A stretch of DNA of 62,920 nucleotides, counting the filler, from Octopus bimaculoides (lineage: Eukaryota), in assembly GCF_001194135.2 (NCBI RefSeq). It is 7 parts of 7 records of this genome, joined end to end, with 100 filler letters (N's around TTAATTAATTAA, not from the genome) between each part and the next. Parts side by side here need not be neighbours in the genome. Positions count along the whole stretch, not along the records: positions 16,841 to 48,049 come from NC_068985.1; positions 48,150 to 60,870 come from NC_068983.1; 5 more parts are not named here. One strand, written 5' to 3'. The notes below the pieces were generated by a model. It had not been told where the DNA came from. It worked only from the letters and a program-made list of their open reading frames with translations, and searched no databases. Below, piece after piece: positions 37,873 through 51,340 of this stretch; the stretch's first letter is position 1, and every line of letters begins with the position of its first letter. The position numbers and the translations under genes were made by a program.

Positions 37873-39141
37873 GAGGGTGCCCCGTCAAGAATTTCCGATT
37901 AATTTTTAGTTATAATTTGTAGTAAATTACATAAAACACGCGGGTTCATTGGGATTTAATTAAATATGTTCATGTGACATATTAAGATACATTTCATTCA
38001 ATATGTCCGCCTTTAGCCTTCACATTCTTCCGAAGACGACTCAGAATATAATCACGCGAACGCTGGACGATTCCTTCACTTAAACGCTCCCATGACGCGA
38101 CTAAGGCTTTCTTTAGAGCGGTGAAATGTCTTGAAATGTCAATTTCTAGTATAAACCAAATAGCAAAGACCATAGGGTTCACGTCTAGGTTGGAGGGGAC
38201 CTCACATTCTTGTCCCAGACCCCCCGTTGAAATGTCTCCTGCGCCATCGCTTTGTCACACTGGACGTACGAGAAGGAGCGCCATCTTGCGTGAATACGTA
38301 ATTATCTCAAGTACTTCGGGCAACCATGAGAAAATATTACCCTCAAACATTTTCATGTAATGTGCCGAATTGATCTTCGGCCCCTTTTTAATGAACACCA
38401 GAGTTTTTCCACCATCGGATGACACTGCCGCCCAAACCCTCACTCCGGTGGATTTCATTCGGCGAAACAGCTTACGGGCACCTTCTGGAGGAGCATCCAA
38501 TTTCGCGGTCAAAATCCCGCCATTCTGAGTGTTTGCTACAGCTTCCACGGTGAATATTTGTTCGTCTAACAACATGAAGATACTGTCACCGGCACTCAGA
38601 ATCTCCTCCGCCATTTTCTTGCCCCTGTCCAGTCACTTTGCTTAGGAAGCGGCCGAAATTAGATGTCGACGTTGCAATTTTAATGACTAACAATTCAAGT
38701 CTTCATGCATGACCCGTTTCATGGTTGTCAGGGAGATTTCGAAACTCCTAGCCATTTGCCTCATACTCCGCCGTGGGTTTCGCAACACTCTCTTTTTCAG
38801 ACGACATCCGCCAATTGTTTCGTCCTTGCAGATCGTTTTCGACAGGAATGGGTTTGCTTTCGATTGAACCAGTCTTACAGTAGCGTTTCTTGATACTATA
38901 CACTGTTTCGGGATCAACACCAACCCTTGAAGCCACGTCTTTGGTGTTATGTCTTGCTTGTTTCAGAACTACAATCTCACTTCGCTTATTAGCTGCCATA
39001 TTGAAAGCTTTTACTCGCCGGATGTAAATGAACAATTGAATGTCAAAGTGTGCATCTTAATTATTTTTGTGCAATTTCAAGCTAAATTTAATAAAATAAA
39101 TATTCATTTAATTAATCGGGAATTCTTTACGGTGTGCTCTG
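37873..39141 (-). mobile_element. Full-length decayed Tc1/mariner (maT/DD37D-like) transposon, 1269 bp
   Basis: TA target duplication at 37871-72 and 39142-43; ~30-bp imperfect TIRs (GAGGGTGCCCCGTCAAGAATTTCCGATTAA vs CAGAGCACACCGTAAAGAATTCCCGATTAA); frameshifted transposase across ORFs 38748..39035, 38687..38923, 38255..38614 and 37994..38182 (LDEQIFTVE, VRVWAAVSSDG, QDGAPS, NPMVFAIW). Confidence 0.92.
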
Positions 39142-39814
39142 TACATTTCTACATTAATATGTATGCCGTTCATTCTACAATAAAATTGAACATTTACAAT
39201 TGTACACTTACAGTTGTATATTTCAATGCAGACAAAGCAAACTAATCCATCAAATTATGAGATCGCCAGAACACCATAGTTACACCAACATTTCAACTCT
39301 AAGTATACATACAAAATTTACGCTTTTTATATACAATGTATGGAAGACCGATACTACAAAATCTTCGCTTTGTATTTTCATTAAAAATAAATATAAATAA
39401 TAAATGCAATTTGTATCATATCAATTAACATGTTGGGTCCAAGTTTAGGGAGTTGATAATCCTTAAAGGAAAACACAGCAAAGGAATGGGGGAGGAAGTA
39501 AGGTAGTTAAACAATAATATTTAGAAAGTATCTAAAAATACATATGAGGAATATAATAAAATATTATATAAGTGAATTCAATATCGAACAGATAGGTAAA
39601 CATATACACATTAAATCAACCACAAGAGTTTTCAAATATGGTTAAAGATCAAAAGACTTCAAAATGTATTCGTGCTCAATAAACTGTAGTGAAACCAAGG
39701 CAATGGTCACGCCAACATAGAATCGCTTAGATATAAGTATTAACATACTAAAAAAAATGCAAACCCACACCCATAAGGCTGTATATTTATACAACCATAA
39801 ATAGACATACGTAC

Positions 39815-39923
39815 CACACAGAGACAAACATTGCGAGCCCGGTGGTTCACAATGAAAATTGCATGTACATTTAGCATGCAAGTCATAACTGCATGACGTC
39901 TTAGCAATGGCTTTACATGGCTT
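39815..39923 (-). CDS. Candidate cysteine-rich exon KPCKAIAKTSCSYDLHAKCTCNFHCEPPGSQCLSLC(G)
   Basis: Pyrimidine-rich acceptor ttgttcttttatctatactacactcag, donor G|GTACGT, 109 nt (phase 0-1), 7 Cys in 36 aa, non-repetitive sequence. Confidence 0.5.
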
Positions 39924-40768
39924 CTGAGTGTAGTATAGATAAAAGAACAAATGGACTTGAAACTGCAGTGGTTAGCTTGATTCTTGAACATAATGACTAT
40001 ATGGTGGGCTTCAACCGGTTGCGAGATTAAATTTACCATCTAATAACACAGAATGTAACAACCTACTGAATTACAACAATGCATTTCCACCAACATTTGG
40101 AAAGAATTCGTCAATGCGCCTCGGGCGCATAAGTTTTTGCAGAACCTTATTTGGTGAAATACGAATTAAACCTCATCGAGATTTTAACTCACGAAGAGGC
40201 AATCAGAAACAAAGTATTTCATTTTTTCCATTGTTCTTAAACGTAAACCCTCAATGCAGGAGCTCTATTCGGACAAAATTGAATACTGAAAGACATTTAA
40301 TTTCTGATAAACATAATCACCAACATAAAGTTTCTCAGAGGCTATGGGAAGAGGGCCGAAAGAATATTTTATTCACAATCACGGAACTTGTCAAGGCTGC
40401 TTGCAATAGGCGGGTTCCTTCCCAATGTACTTAAGGGCTAATTGAGGGTGTTTATTTAAACAGCATATTTAGTCACTTATACACAAATATGTATTGTTTT
40501 AGACTATATTGGGGCATTGTTACTGCCAAGAGTCCACTTACACGCCATAGTTCTGCACAATGATATCCAACTCATGCGTACAAAATGAAAAGAATTTTAA
40601 CGGCCGTTCTTGTGTCTCAACGCTTGAAGTAGAACATACAGCTACACAATAAGGCACATAATTGTATACATACATATCTGGAATATATAAAAACAAATCG
40701 GTACACAGACACACATAAGCATACGCAGCTTCACACACACACATATACGCACACAATCATACACAGAT

Positions 40769-40850
<82 letters not shown>

Positions 40851-40884
40851 TTCGCGCTTACACATAAATACATATACACAGACA

Positions 40885-41264
40885 TGTAGATACTCTTTTA
40901 CTCTTTTACTTGTTTCAGTTATTTGACTGCAGCCAAATCGACCCCAGGACTTATTCTTTGTAAGCCTAGTACTTATTCTATCGGTCTCTATGCCGAAACG
41001 CTACATGACGGGGACATAAACACACCAGCATCGGTTGTCAAGCAACGCTAGGGAGACAAACACAGACACACAAACATACACACATGTATATACATATATA
41101 CGACGAGCTTCTTTCAGTTTCCGTCTATCAAATCCACTCACAAGGCTTTGGTCGGTCGGAGGCTACAGTAGAAGACACTTGCCCAAGATGCAACGCAGTG
41201 GGACTGAAACCGGAACCTTGTGGTTGGTAAGCAAGCTACTTACCACACAGCAACTCCTACGCCT
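40885..41264 (-). mobile_element. SINE family A, full length
   Basis: Family A consensus including the (TACTCTTT) tail. Confidence 0.85.
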
Positions 41265-43906
41265 ATAAATATTTACATAGATTTCCTGAGATAATAACAA
41301 TTACTTAGGCTGAATAATTAACATATCTTTGTTAATCATATTTACAGCAGACATAGAAATAAATTAGCCAATTTTAATCAATTAAACCAATATCATTTTA
41401 AGAAACATCGTTAACAAATGACATTAGGTCCAATATATATGTTTTCATTACACTTAAANNNNNNNNNNNNNNNNNNNNNNNNNNNNNNNNNNNNNNNNNN
41501 NNNNNNNNNNNNNNNNNNNNNNNNNNNNNNNNNNNNNNNNNNNNNNNNNNNNNNNNNNNNNNNNNNNNNNNNNNNNNNNNNNNNNNNNNNNNNNNNNNNN
41601 NNNNNNNNNNNNNNNNNNNNNNNNNNNNNNNNNNNNNNNNNNNNNNNNNNNNNNNNNNNNNNNNNNNNNNNNNNNNNNNNNNNNNNNNNNNNNNNNNNNN
41701 NNNNNNNNNNNNNNNNNNNNNNNNNNNNNNNNNNNNNNNNNNNNNNNNNNNNNNNNNNNNNNNNNNNNNNNNNNNNNNNNNNNNNNNNNNNNNNNNNNNN
41801 NNNNNNNNNNNNNNNNNNNNNNNNNNNNNNNNNNNNNNNNNNNNNNNNNNNNNNNNNNNNNNNNNNNNNNNNNNNNNNNNNNNNNNNNNNNNNNNNNNNN
41901 NNNNNNNNNNNNNNNNNNNNNNNNNNNNNNNNNNNNNNNNNNNNNNNNNNNNNNNNNNNNNNNNNNNNNNNNNNNNNNNNNNNNNNNNNNNNNNNNNNNN
42001 NNNNNNNNNNNNNNNNNNNNNNNNNNNNNNNNNNNNNNNNNNNNNNNNNNNNNNNNNNNNNNNNNNNNNNNNNNNNNNNNNNNNNNNNNNNNNNNNNNNN
42101 NNNNNNNNNNNNNNNNNNNNNNNNNNNNNNNNNNNNNNNNNNNNNCAAACACACGTGTGTGTGTATATGTGTACTTGTGTGAATGTGCATATATGTATGT
42201 TTATATAGCTGATTGAAGAAGTGGAGAAAATATTATTATTATTATTATTTTTATGGTATCGTAATTCATTTCCAAATACTATCCTTTTCCGCTGAGTTAC
42301 GTTATCAAATTGCTTGTCATTCGCCTTGGTTTTATTGATGCCTTTTGTCGTATACATTTATATACACACACACCCATATATACATACATACACACATACA
42401 TGCATACATACAAGCATACATACATACATACATACATATATATATACATACATACATGCATACATACATACATACATACATGCATACATAATTCAAAACA
42501 GTTTGATTTGGATTCCGTGCTACATTGAGTTTCCTTGGTCTCGTGGAATAGCCGAACGAAGGGAGAGATACATGCGGGGGGTGGGGTGCAATTGTTAAGG
42601 AGGGTCACATGATGTCACAGTCTCGGAATTTGTTTTATATAATATGTAACTCCTAATAAATGTGCTGCGTACTCTTTCCTTTACCCTCTCAGTCGTGTAT
42701 ATATATATATATATATATATCAAATAATAAGCAACACGGATTTCAAAAGTGATTGCAGTACGCACGTTTCATGCTACTTCAATTTATTTAAGTAATGTGA
42801 GCATTACCTTAAATGCAATATGAAGAGCAATCTTCAGCTGCACGAAAAAATGTAGAAAAAAAGACATATTACAAATGTGGCAACATATTAAAACCAAGTG
42901 GGAGAGAGCAGAGGAAGAATATATNNNNNNNNNNNNNNNNNNNNNNNNNNNNNNNNNNNNNNNNNNNNNNNNNNNNNNNNNNNNNNNNNNNNNNNNNNNN
43001 NNNNNNNNNNNNNNNNNNNNNNNNNNNNNNNNNNNNNNNNNNNNNNNNNNNNNNNNNNNNNNNNNNNNNNNNNNNNNNNNNNNNNNNNNNNNNNNNNNNN
43101 NNNNNNNNNNNNNNNNNNNNNNNNNNNNNNNNNNNNNNNNNNNNNNNNNNNNNNNNNNNNNNNNNNNNNNNNNNNNNNNNNNNNNNNNNNNNNNNNNNNN
43201 NNNNNNNNNNNNNNNNNNNNNNNNNNNNNNNNNNNNNNNNNNNNNNNNNNNNNNNNNNNNNNNNNNNNNNNNNNNNNNNNNNNNNNNNNNNNNNNNNNNN
43301 NNNNNNNNNNNNNNNNNNNNNNNNNNNNNNNNNNNNNNNNNNNNNNNNNNNNNNNNNNNNNNNNNNNNNNNNNNNNNNNNNNNNNNNNNNNNNNNNNNNN
43401 NNNNNNNNNNNNNNNNNNNNNNNNNNNNNNNNNNNNNNNNNNNNNNNNNNNNNNNNNNNNNNNNNNNNNNNNNNNNNNNNNNNNNNNNNNNNNNNNNNNN
43501 NNNNNNNNNNNNNNNNNNNNNNNNNNNNNNNNNNNNNNNNNNNNNNNNNNNNNNNNNNNNNNNNNNNNNNNNNNNNNNNNNNNNNNNNNNNNNNNNNNNN
43601 NNNNNNNNNNNNNNNNNNNNNNNNNNNNNNNNNNNNNNNNNNNNNNNNNNNNNNNNNNNNNNNNNNNNNNNNNNNNNNNNNNNNNNNNNNNNNNNNNNNN
43701 NNNNNNNNNNNNNNNNNNNNNNNNNNNNNNNNNNNNNNNNNNNNNNNNNNNNNNNNNNNNNNNNNNNNNNNNNNNNNNNNNNNNNNNNNNNNNNNNNNNN
43801 NNNNNNNNNNNNNNNNNNNNNNNNNNNNNNNNNNNNNNNNNNNNNNNNNNNNNNNNNNNNNNNNNNNNNNNNNNNNNNNNNNNNNNNNNNNNNNNNNNNN
43901 AAAAAG

Positions 43907-43943
<37 letters not shown>

Positions 43944-44595
43944 CATACATATATATAGATAAGTGTGTGTGTGTGTATATATATATATGTATGTGTGTAT
44001 GCATATATATATATATGTGTGTGTGTACGTGTGTATGTATGTATGAATGTATATGTGTATATATATGTATTTATGAGTGTGTGTGGGTAGGTGTAATGAA
44101 AGACGATGAAGAATAAATGTATCTCATGTTTTTAACCACAATAGTTTCTGCACCACTTTATTTCTAACGTCCATTGCACTAAATGTAAATGGTTGCATGC
44201 GGAGAGTCACGCAATATGTTCGACTCCTCATATTGGTGTGGTTCATTATTTGCGACTGGCATCTCAAACGCGCATTTTTAACCTATGCTCTGAACATGTC
44301 CGGTATCTTGCTTATATTGATAGGAAACATGATAGCAGTAAACATAAAATAAAATTGATGAATGAAAATAAATTAAAAAAATAAACTAATAATAACATTT
44401 ACATACTCGCACATTTATATATGTATGTATGTATGTGTGTATGCATATTATTCAACACCCTCACCAATAGCGAATGTCACCATATTCCGACACTTATTCA
44501 CTCATCTATACATATGCATGTCTCAACAGTAACATCCGTCGCAAAAATATTAGCCATTTCCTTCCTTCTTAAACTATTGACTTCATAAAATCATT

Positions 44596-44654
<59 letters not shown>

Positions 44655-44874
44655 TACACCCACACACACACACACATACACACGCACACATAGGGAAAGG
44701 GAGAGATTTAGAACATGAAAATGATCGACACTAGTTCTTTGTCTACCTCTTAAAGATGAAAAGCTAAGTTGACGTCGACACGAATTGATCTGACAGCGGA
44801 AAGAGACGGAATAAATAGAGTCCGAGAATTACCTGACGATCATAGCAGTGTATGATTTAATACCCTTCAAACAC

Positions 44875-45265
44875 TCTTTACTCTCTTTACTCTTTTACTT
44901 GTTTCAGTCATTTGAATGTGGCCATGCTGGATCACCGCCTTTAGTCGAGCAGATCGACCCCAGGACATATTCTTTGTAAGCCTAGTACTTATTTTATCGG
45001 TCACTTTTGACGAACCGCTAAGTTACGGGGACGTAAACACACCACCATCGGTTGTCAAGCGATGTTGGGGGGACAAACACAGACACAAAAGCATACGCGC
45101 GCACATACATATACATATATCTACCAAATCCACTCACAAAGCTTTGGTCGGCCCGAGGCTATAGTAGAAGACAGTTGCCCAAGTTGCCACGCACTGGGAC
45201 TGAACCCGGAACCATGTGGTTGGGAGGCACGCTACTTACCACACAGCCACTCCTACGCCTATACA
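44875..45265 (-). mobile_element. SINE family A, full length
   Basis: Family A consensus. Confidence 0.85.
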
Positions 45266-45384
45266 TGTAACTATATTTTGAATGCTGCTTATTTATTCCT
45301 TTTATCTCTGTTGCTGTTTCGTTTGTTCTTTATGGTGTCACTTTTCATGTGATAATGATTTCAAATTTAAATTTAGGTACAAGA

Positions 45385-45577
45385 TCAGCCATTTAGTGGT
45401 AGGGGTAAGTCGATTACATCGACCCCAGTGTTTCACTGGTATTTGTTTTATCGACCCCGAAAGTCTAAAAGGCAAAGTCAACCTCGGTGGAATTTGAACT
45501 CAGAATGTAAAGACAGACGAATTGCTGCTAAGCATTTTACCCGGCGTGCTAACGATTCTGCCAGCTAGCGGCCTTAT
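45385..45577 (-). mobile_element. SINE family B
   Basis: Reverse complement of the family B consensus. Confidence 0.8.
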
Positions 45578-46334
45578 GTGAAATAATAATGCAATTGTTT
45601 TACATTCATTTCACTAATTAGATTACCGAATTTGCACAAGCCAAATATAGAATCGAATCCCTAATTGATCTTTGTATAGGCTGCAGGCAGTATCCAAATC
45701 TTTGTAAAGATTTGTCTATTAACTATCATCAAAATAAGATATATAATGGATCACATAATCCTAAATACGACTTTTCTGGTAAAAGTTGGTATTGTCGTAA
45801 CAGGCATGACTTCTATCAAGGGCTGACTATGAAGACTGATAGGACGTTAAATATCACTAAAACCAACATCGATAATTTGATATAGGGACACGTATTTGCA
45901 TGATAATGGATTTTATCTGAGATCTCGTGGTGAAACTCAGATGATTGTAACAAGGCAGGCACAAGTAAACCATTCAGAAGAAAAAAAAACATTGATAACT
46001 TCATTTAGATTTAAACGTTTATTATTTGTAACATGTGTCAAATGTTCCGTTGCCAGTAACTGCAATGTGGTCAACTGGCAAAATTTATTCGTGGATCTCA
46101 AAGTGAACACCGCGAGATAAACATGTCATCAGGTGGTTGCTGAGCCTCATACATGAATAAACAAACTTTCCAGATATTTGAGTCCCATTGTCCAAAAAAC
46201 ACAAACATTGAATCATCTAGCTCTAAATGGAGTTTCTCCAAAAAAAAGTCGAGATTATCACTTCTGAAACCATTAGTGGTCATATATTTGGATCATTAGT
46301 TTGGGCCCTCGGCGAAATAATTCTTTGTATCGTA

Positions 46335-47295
46335 GGCAATCACACTGAAATTTTGCGGGGAAAGAGCTAGTCGATTACATCGGCCCTTGAACTTTATAGT
46401 TTATTGAAACCAAACGGAATATTCGACATCGACAGAATTTGAATTCATGGCGTAAATTCTAAATAAAAGTCGCTAACCATTTTCTTCGGAGTACAAACGA
46501 TATTGCCGGTACGGATAAATATACAAATCACAACAGTTTCATTCTTTCGATTCTGTTGATATATAACTTCGATCAAATAAGAAATTGATTTCAGACTTTG
46601 GCACACGCCAGTAAATAGTGATGAGGGAATCAGTTGACCACATCAACCCCAAGGATTAACTGGTACTTTTTTTTTATAGTCTCCGAAACGATGACAGGCA
46701 AAGTCGACCCCGGCGGAATTTGGACAAAATACGTAACGACAGGTGTAACGCTGCTAAGCCTTTCGCTCGGCATGCTAACGTTTCTTATTTCTTTATTGCC
46801 CACAAGGGGCTAAACATAGAAGGGACAAACAAGGACAGGCAAAGGGATTAAGTCGATAACATCGACTCCAGTGCGTAACTGGTTCTTAATTTATCGACCC
46901 CGAAAGGATGAATAGCAAAGTCGACCTCGGCGGAATTTGAACTCAGAACATAACGGCAGACGAAATACCGCTAAGCATTTCGCCCGACGTGCTAACGTTT
47001 CTGCCAGCTCACCCACTTCGGTCAAATAATCCTTTCTACTATAGACACAAGGCCATAAATTTTGGGAGAGGGGGCTAGTCAATTACATTGCCCCCAGTAC
47101 TCAAATGGTACTTAGTTTTATCAACCCCGAAAAGATGAAAGATAACGTCGACCCCGGCGGAAGTTGGACTAAGAATTTTGCTTGGCGTGCTAAAGATTCT
47201 GTAGGCTCACTCACTTTGGTTAAATAATAATGATGCAAAGCACAATATTTTTATTCTGTCGATTCTATTGATATATGATTCCGACAAGAATTAAC
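46335..47295 (-). repeat. Cluster of four head-to-tail SINE family B copies with duplicated flank
   Basis: Copies at about 46335-46510, 46580-46790, 46785-47015 and 47030-47215; flank ttcgattctgttgatatat (~46548) recurs as gtcgattctattgatatat (~47257). Confidence 0.75.
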
Positions 47296-47514
47296 AGGTG
47301 AGAATTTAAGTAAATATTTATAATTTCGTTCTTTAGTGTGTGATAGTTTTTTTTTTATATATTTTATAATCATATTGCGTTTCTTTTATTTATTTCATTA
47401 ATTGTTACCTAGCTACACAATGTTGTTTCTATCGATTTGTATCTTGTAATGTTAGTCGTGTTTCTTGTCATTGCCAATCTTTCATTGTTCACTTCTGTAT
47501 TATTTGTTAATTTT

Positions 47515-47545
<31 letters not shown>

Positions 47546-47699
47546 TTGTATGTATGTGAACGTGCGCGAATACGTGTGAGGTTTGTTATTTATTGAATAG
47601 AGATAATTTTGTTTGATATTTCGATCGAAATAAAGCCTTCGAAGTGACTTACTATAAATTGTACAGATTGATTGAACATTTCAAAACAGTATCGGCCAT

Positions 47700-47763
47700 G
47701 CTACTGCTGCTGCTGCTACTACAACTACTACAACTACTACAACTACTACTGCTACTACTACTG

Positions 47764-47841
<78 letters not shown>
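47700..47841. repeat. Compound (CTG/CTA)n-(TAA)n microsatellite
   Basis: Read directly. Confidence 0.97.
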
Positions 47842-47844
<3 letters not shown>

Positions 47845-48049
47845 CTGGAAATGTATAAAATAGCTCCTACTCTGCGAAACTTTTTATCTGTAAGTATGAG
47901 ATCATGGAGAACCACACTGATGTTGAACAATGACAATGAATCTCTAAATGCTGGACATGTAAGAATTTCATGTGGCATTTTCCAGGGTGACTCACTATCA
48001 CCACTCCTCTTCTGTCTAGCCCTAATACCGCTCTCAAAATTGCTCAATG
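47842..48049 (+). mobile_element. R4/Dong-type LINE RT fragment directly after (TAA)n
   Basis: LEMYKIAPTLRNFLSVSMRSWRTTLML..VRISCGIFQGDSLSPLLFCLALIPLSKLLN contains the RT GIFQGDSLSP motif; uninterrupted until the gap. Confidence 0.9.
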
Positions 48050-48934
48050 NNNNNNNNNNNNNNNNNNNNNNNNNNNNNNNNNNNNNNNNNNNNTTAATTA
48101 ATTAANNNNNNNNNNNNNNNNNNNNNNNNNNNNNNNNNNNNNNNNNNNNTATATATATACATATACATACATTTATATGTGTGTATATATAAATTTCTTT
48201 TCCTATCTCTTTAGTCCTTCCCTATCTCTTTCTTCCTTTCTTCTGTCTTTCTCCCCCACTCTCTCCTTCTCTCCTTCTCTACTTCTCTCTCTCTCACCGA
48301 CTGTCTCCCCCACCTCTCTCTACCAATACCTTTGGCTGTGCGTCTGTACGTGCGCCTATGCATCCATATGAGAATCGGTGTTTCTATGACTTAACTTTCT
48401 GCTGACAACGTGTTCTATAGTAAACTAATTCCGCATTGAAATGTGTATGTTTGGCAGCAGCAGCTAATCTCTAAGGCAAATGACAGATGTCTACAGCATT
48501 CTTAGATTAAGTCTCAAACAAGTACATCTCCAATATTTCAAACGGCTTCAATCATCAAAATTAAAAATAAAATCACCAATGTACGGTTATCGTTAAGAAA
48601 CCTTTCAATATCGTTGCTGTCTGGGACTTATATCTGTATTTTAAATATCACGCGTATAAACACATACTTACCCTGTGTGTTGTTACGGATACGCAGGCAC
48701 TTGTACCAACAGACACGCGCACGCACGCACGCACACACACACGCACTCATTTGCGTATGGATATACGTACGGATGTTTTTCGGTTTATACGCGTGTATGT
48801 TTATGTAGATATGTGTTATATACTTGCATCTTTCTCTCCCCCTCTCTGTCGCAATATGCTCGCTCTCCTCCTCTTCCCCACCTCTGTCGCTATATATATA
48901 TATATATGATATATGATATATGTATATGTATATA

Positions 48935-48967
<33 letters not shown>

Positions 48968-49355
48968 NNNNNNNNNNNNNNNNNNNNNNNNNNNNNNNNN
49001 NNNNNNNNNNNNNNNNNNNNNNNNNNNNNNNNNNNNNNNNNNNNNNNNNNNNNNNNNNNNNNNNNNNNNNNNNNNNNNNNNNNNNNNNNNNNNNNNNNNN
49101 NNNNNNNNNNNNNNNNNNNNNNNNNNNNNNNNNNNNNNNNNNNNNNNNNNNNNNNNNNNNNNNNNNNNNNNNNNNNNNNNNNNNNNNNNNNNNNNNNNNN
49201 NNNNNNNNNNNNNNNNNNNNNNNNNNNNNNNNNNNNNNNNNNNNNNNNNNNNNNNNNNNNNNNNNNNNNNNNNNNNNNNNNNNNNNNNNNNNNNNNNNNN
49301 NNNNNNNNNNNNNNNNNNNNNNNNNNNNNNNNNNNNNNNNNNNNNNNNNNNNNNN

Positions 49356-49400
<45 letters not shown>

Positions 49401-49959
49401 GTGTGTGTACACGTTCACATATTAATGTATATTTATTGTCGTCACTCGATATATAATATTGTGTAACTGATATCACAGCATACAAATATTCCCATTCGCA
49501 CACACGCCACATACCAACACATACACATACATACACTCACACACATGCGCGCATATATCGTCATGAAGTAATAGGTTTTCAGTTGCGTGTAAATGTTTTT
49601 ATAAACAGAAACCCATTTAATAATTTAGTGTATATATCCTCTGAGTATTAAATAATTGCGATTATATTTCAATACGTAGCTAAGATTATAAAGTCGATAT
49701 TTCATAGTTGGAGATAAGGAAATAAATAGAATTGATCATTGAATATATGATTGTTTTGTCTCTCTAAAATCTGTCTTCATGAATAAATAATGCAAAGGAT
49801 TAAGGATTTAGTTTGACAGATTTTTACGACTCAATAATTCTGCACACGACCTGCAGCTGGTTTACTAAGTCGAAATCAGATTTGGGCTTCGAATATATTC
49901 GCCTTGGTTTCGAATTCTTTAAATCCTGTTACTCGACTTTCAAAAATTGTATACCCTTT

Positions 49960-50243
49960 TACTATTTTTAGTTGTTTCAGTCATTTGACTGCGACCATGC
50001 TGGAACACTGCTTTTAGTCGAAGAGATCGACCCCCAGGGCTCATTCTTTGTAAGCCTAGTACTTATTCTATTGGTCTCTTGTGGAACTTTTATACTGGAT
50101 TTCTCGAAAAAAAAATTATTTAAAAAAGTTTATGCCATAAAACAAAAAAAACCAATGCAGTCTATAAGTTACTGGGACATAAACACACCAACATCGGTTG
50201 TCAAGCGATGGTGGGGGACAGACACAGACACACAGATACACTG

Positions 50244-50287
<44 letters not shown>

Positions 50288-50452
50288 GACGGTCTTTTTT
50301 CAGTTTCCGTATAGCGAATCCGCTCACAAGGCTTTGGTCGGACCGAGGCTATAGTAGAAAACACTTGCCGAAGGTGTCACGCAGTGGGACTGAACCCGGA
50401 ACAATGGTGGCTAGTAAGCAAGCTACCTAACACACAGCCACCCCAGCGCCTA
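49960..50452 (-). mobile_element. SINE family A with a short internal insertion
   Basis: Family A consensus interrupted at ~50080-50160. Confidence 0.8.
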
Positions 50453-50779
50453 TGACTAGCGTGTGTGCGCGTGTGCGTGTGTATGCGTAGGTCAGTGTGT
50501 TTGTGTGTGCGTCTGTGTGCTTGTGTCTGGGTTTGTTCCCCCACCGCCGCTTGGAAGCAAGTGCTGGCGTGTTGAGACCCTCGTAACTTAGTTTGTATTA
50601 TCTTGCGATAATCATTTGTAAGTTCTTTTTAAGCAAATATTCTTTCGTTTCAGGAATATATGGAAAAACGTGAATGATTTGGACACAAAAGTTTTAAAAA
50701 ATAGTTTACTTTGCAAAACATTTCAATATTTTGTTGTTTTATTTTCCTGAATCAGAAGTTTCATCTCATCTTTTAGGTT

Positions 50780-51340
50780 TTACTTGTTACTCATTAGATT
50801 GCGGCGATTCTGGGGCACCGCCTTGAAGAATTTTTAGTCGATTTAATCGCCCCAAGTAGTTATGTATTAAAAGCTTGGTACTTATTCTATCGGTTCTTTC
50901 GCCGAACTTCTAAGTTACGAGGGTGTAAACACACCGAGACTTGTTGCCAAACGGCATTGGGGGACAAAAGAGAAACAAACACACACACACATGCACAGAC
51001 GCACACACATAGTCACACACACACACACATATGTACACCGTATTTCGTTATGCAACCATACTATACCACAAAGCATATTCAACGCTTTAGAAGTCAATAT
51101 CGTATTCTACTGTGTTAGCAGTGCTATTACATCATTTGTTAAGGTTATCACTAAAGAGAAAAGCCGTAGAAATAACTTTAATAAGTGATATATACACATA
51201 TATAGTTCAGGCGTCTTTTAGTTTCCGTCTACCAAATCCACTCGCAGATGTAGTGGAAAACATTTGCGTAAGTGGGTCTGAACCGAGAACTATGTTGTTG
51301 GGAAATCGGGCTTCATACCGCGCAGCCACACCTGCGCCAG
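50780..51340 (-). mobile_element. SINE family A, degraded and interrupted
   Basis: 3' half at 50780-50970, 5' half at ~51205-51340. Confidence 0.65.

Noticed and set aside
40114-40434. 106-aa ORF as a gene
   Set aside because: No motif or splice support; this length is attainable by chance.
41398-44116. Long ORFs of 200-413 aa in the track (also at 8.3-9.0, 19.4-20.0, 34.6-35.3, 48.6-49.5, 53.4-54.2 and 57.5-58.3 kb)
   Set aside because: They are open only because they cross N runs and (TA)/(CA) tracts.
46110-46140. CTGATGA on the minus strand as another hammerhead core
   Set aside because: No stem II or GAAA follows; the same holds for CTGATGA at ~36851 and ~13150.
46335-47215. CRISPR-like repeat-spacer array
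   Set aside because: Eukaryotic context; the units are ~200-bp diverged SINE copies.
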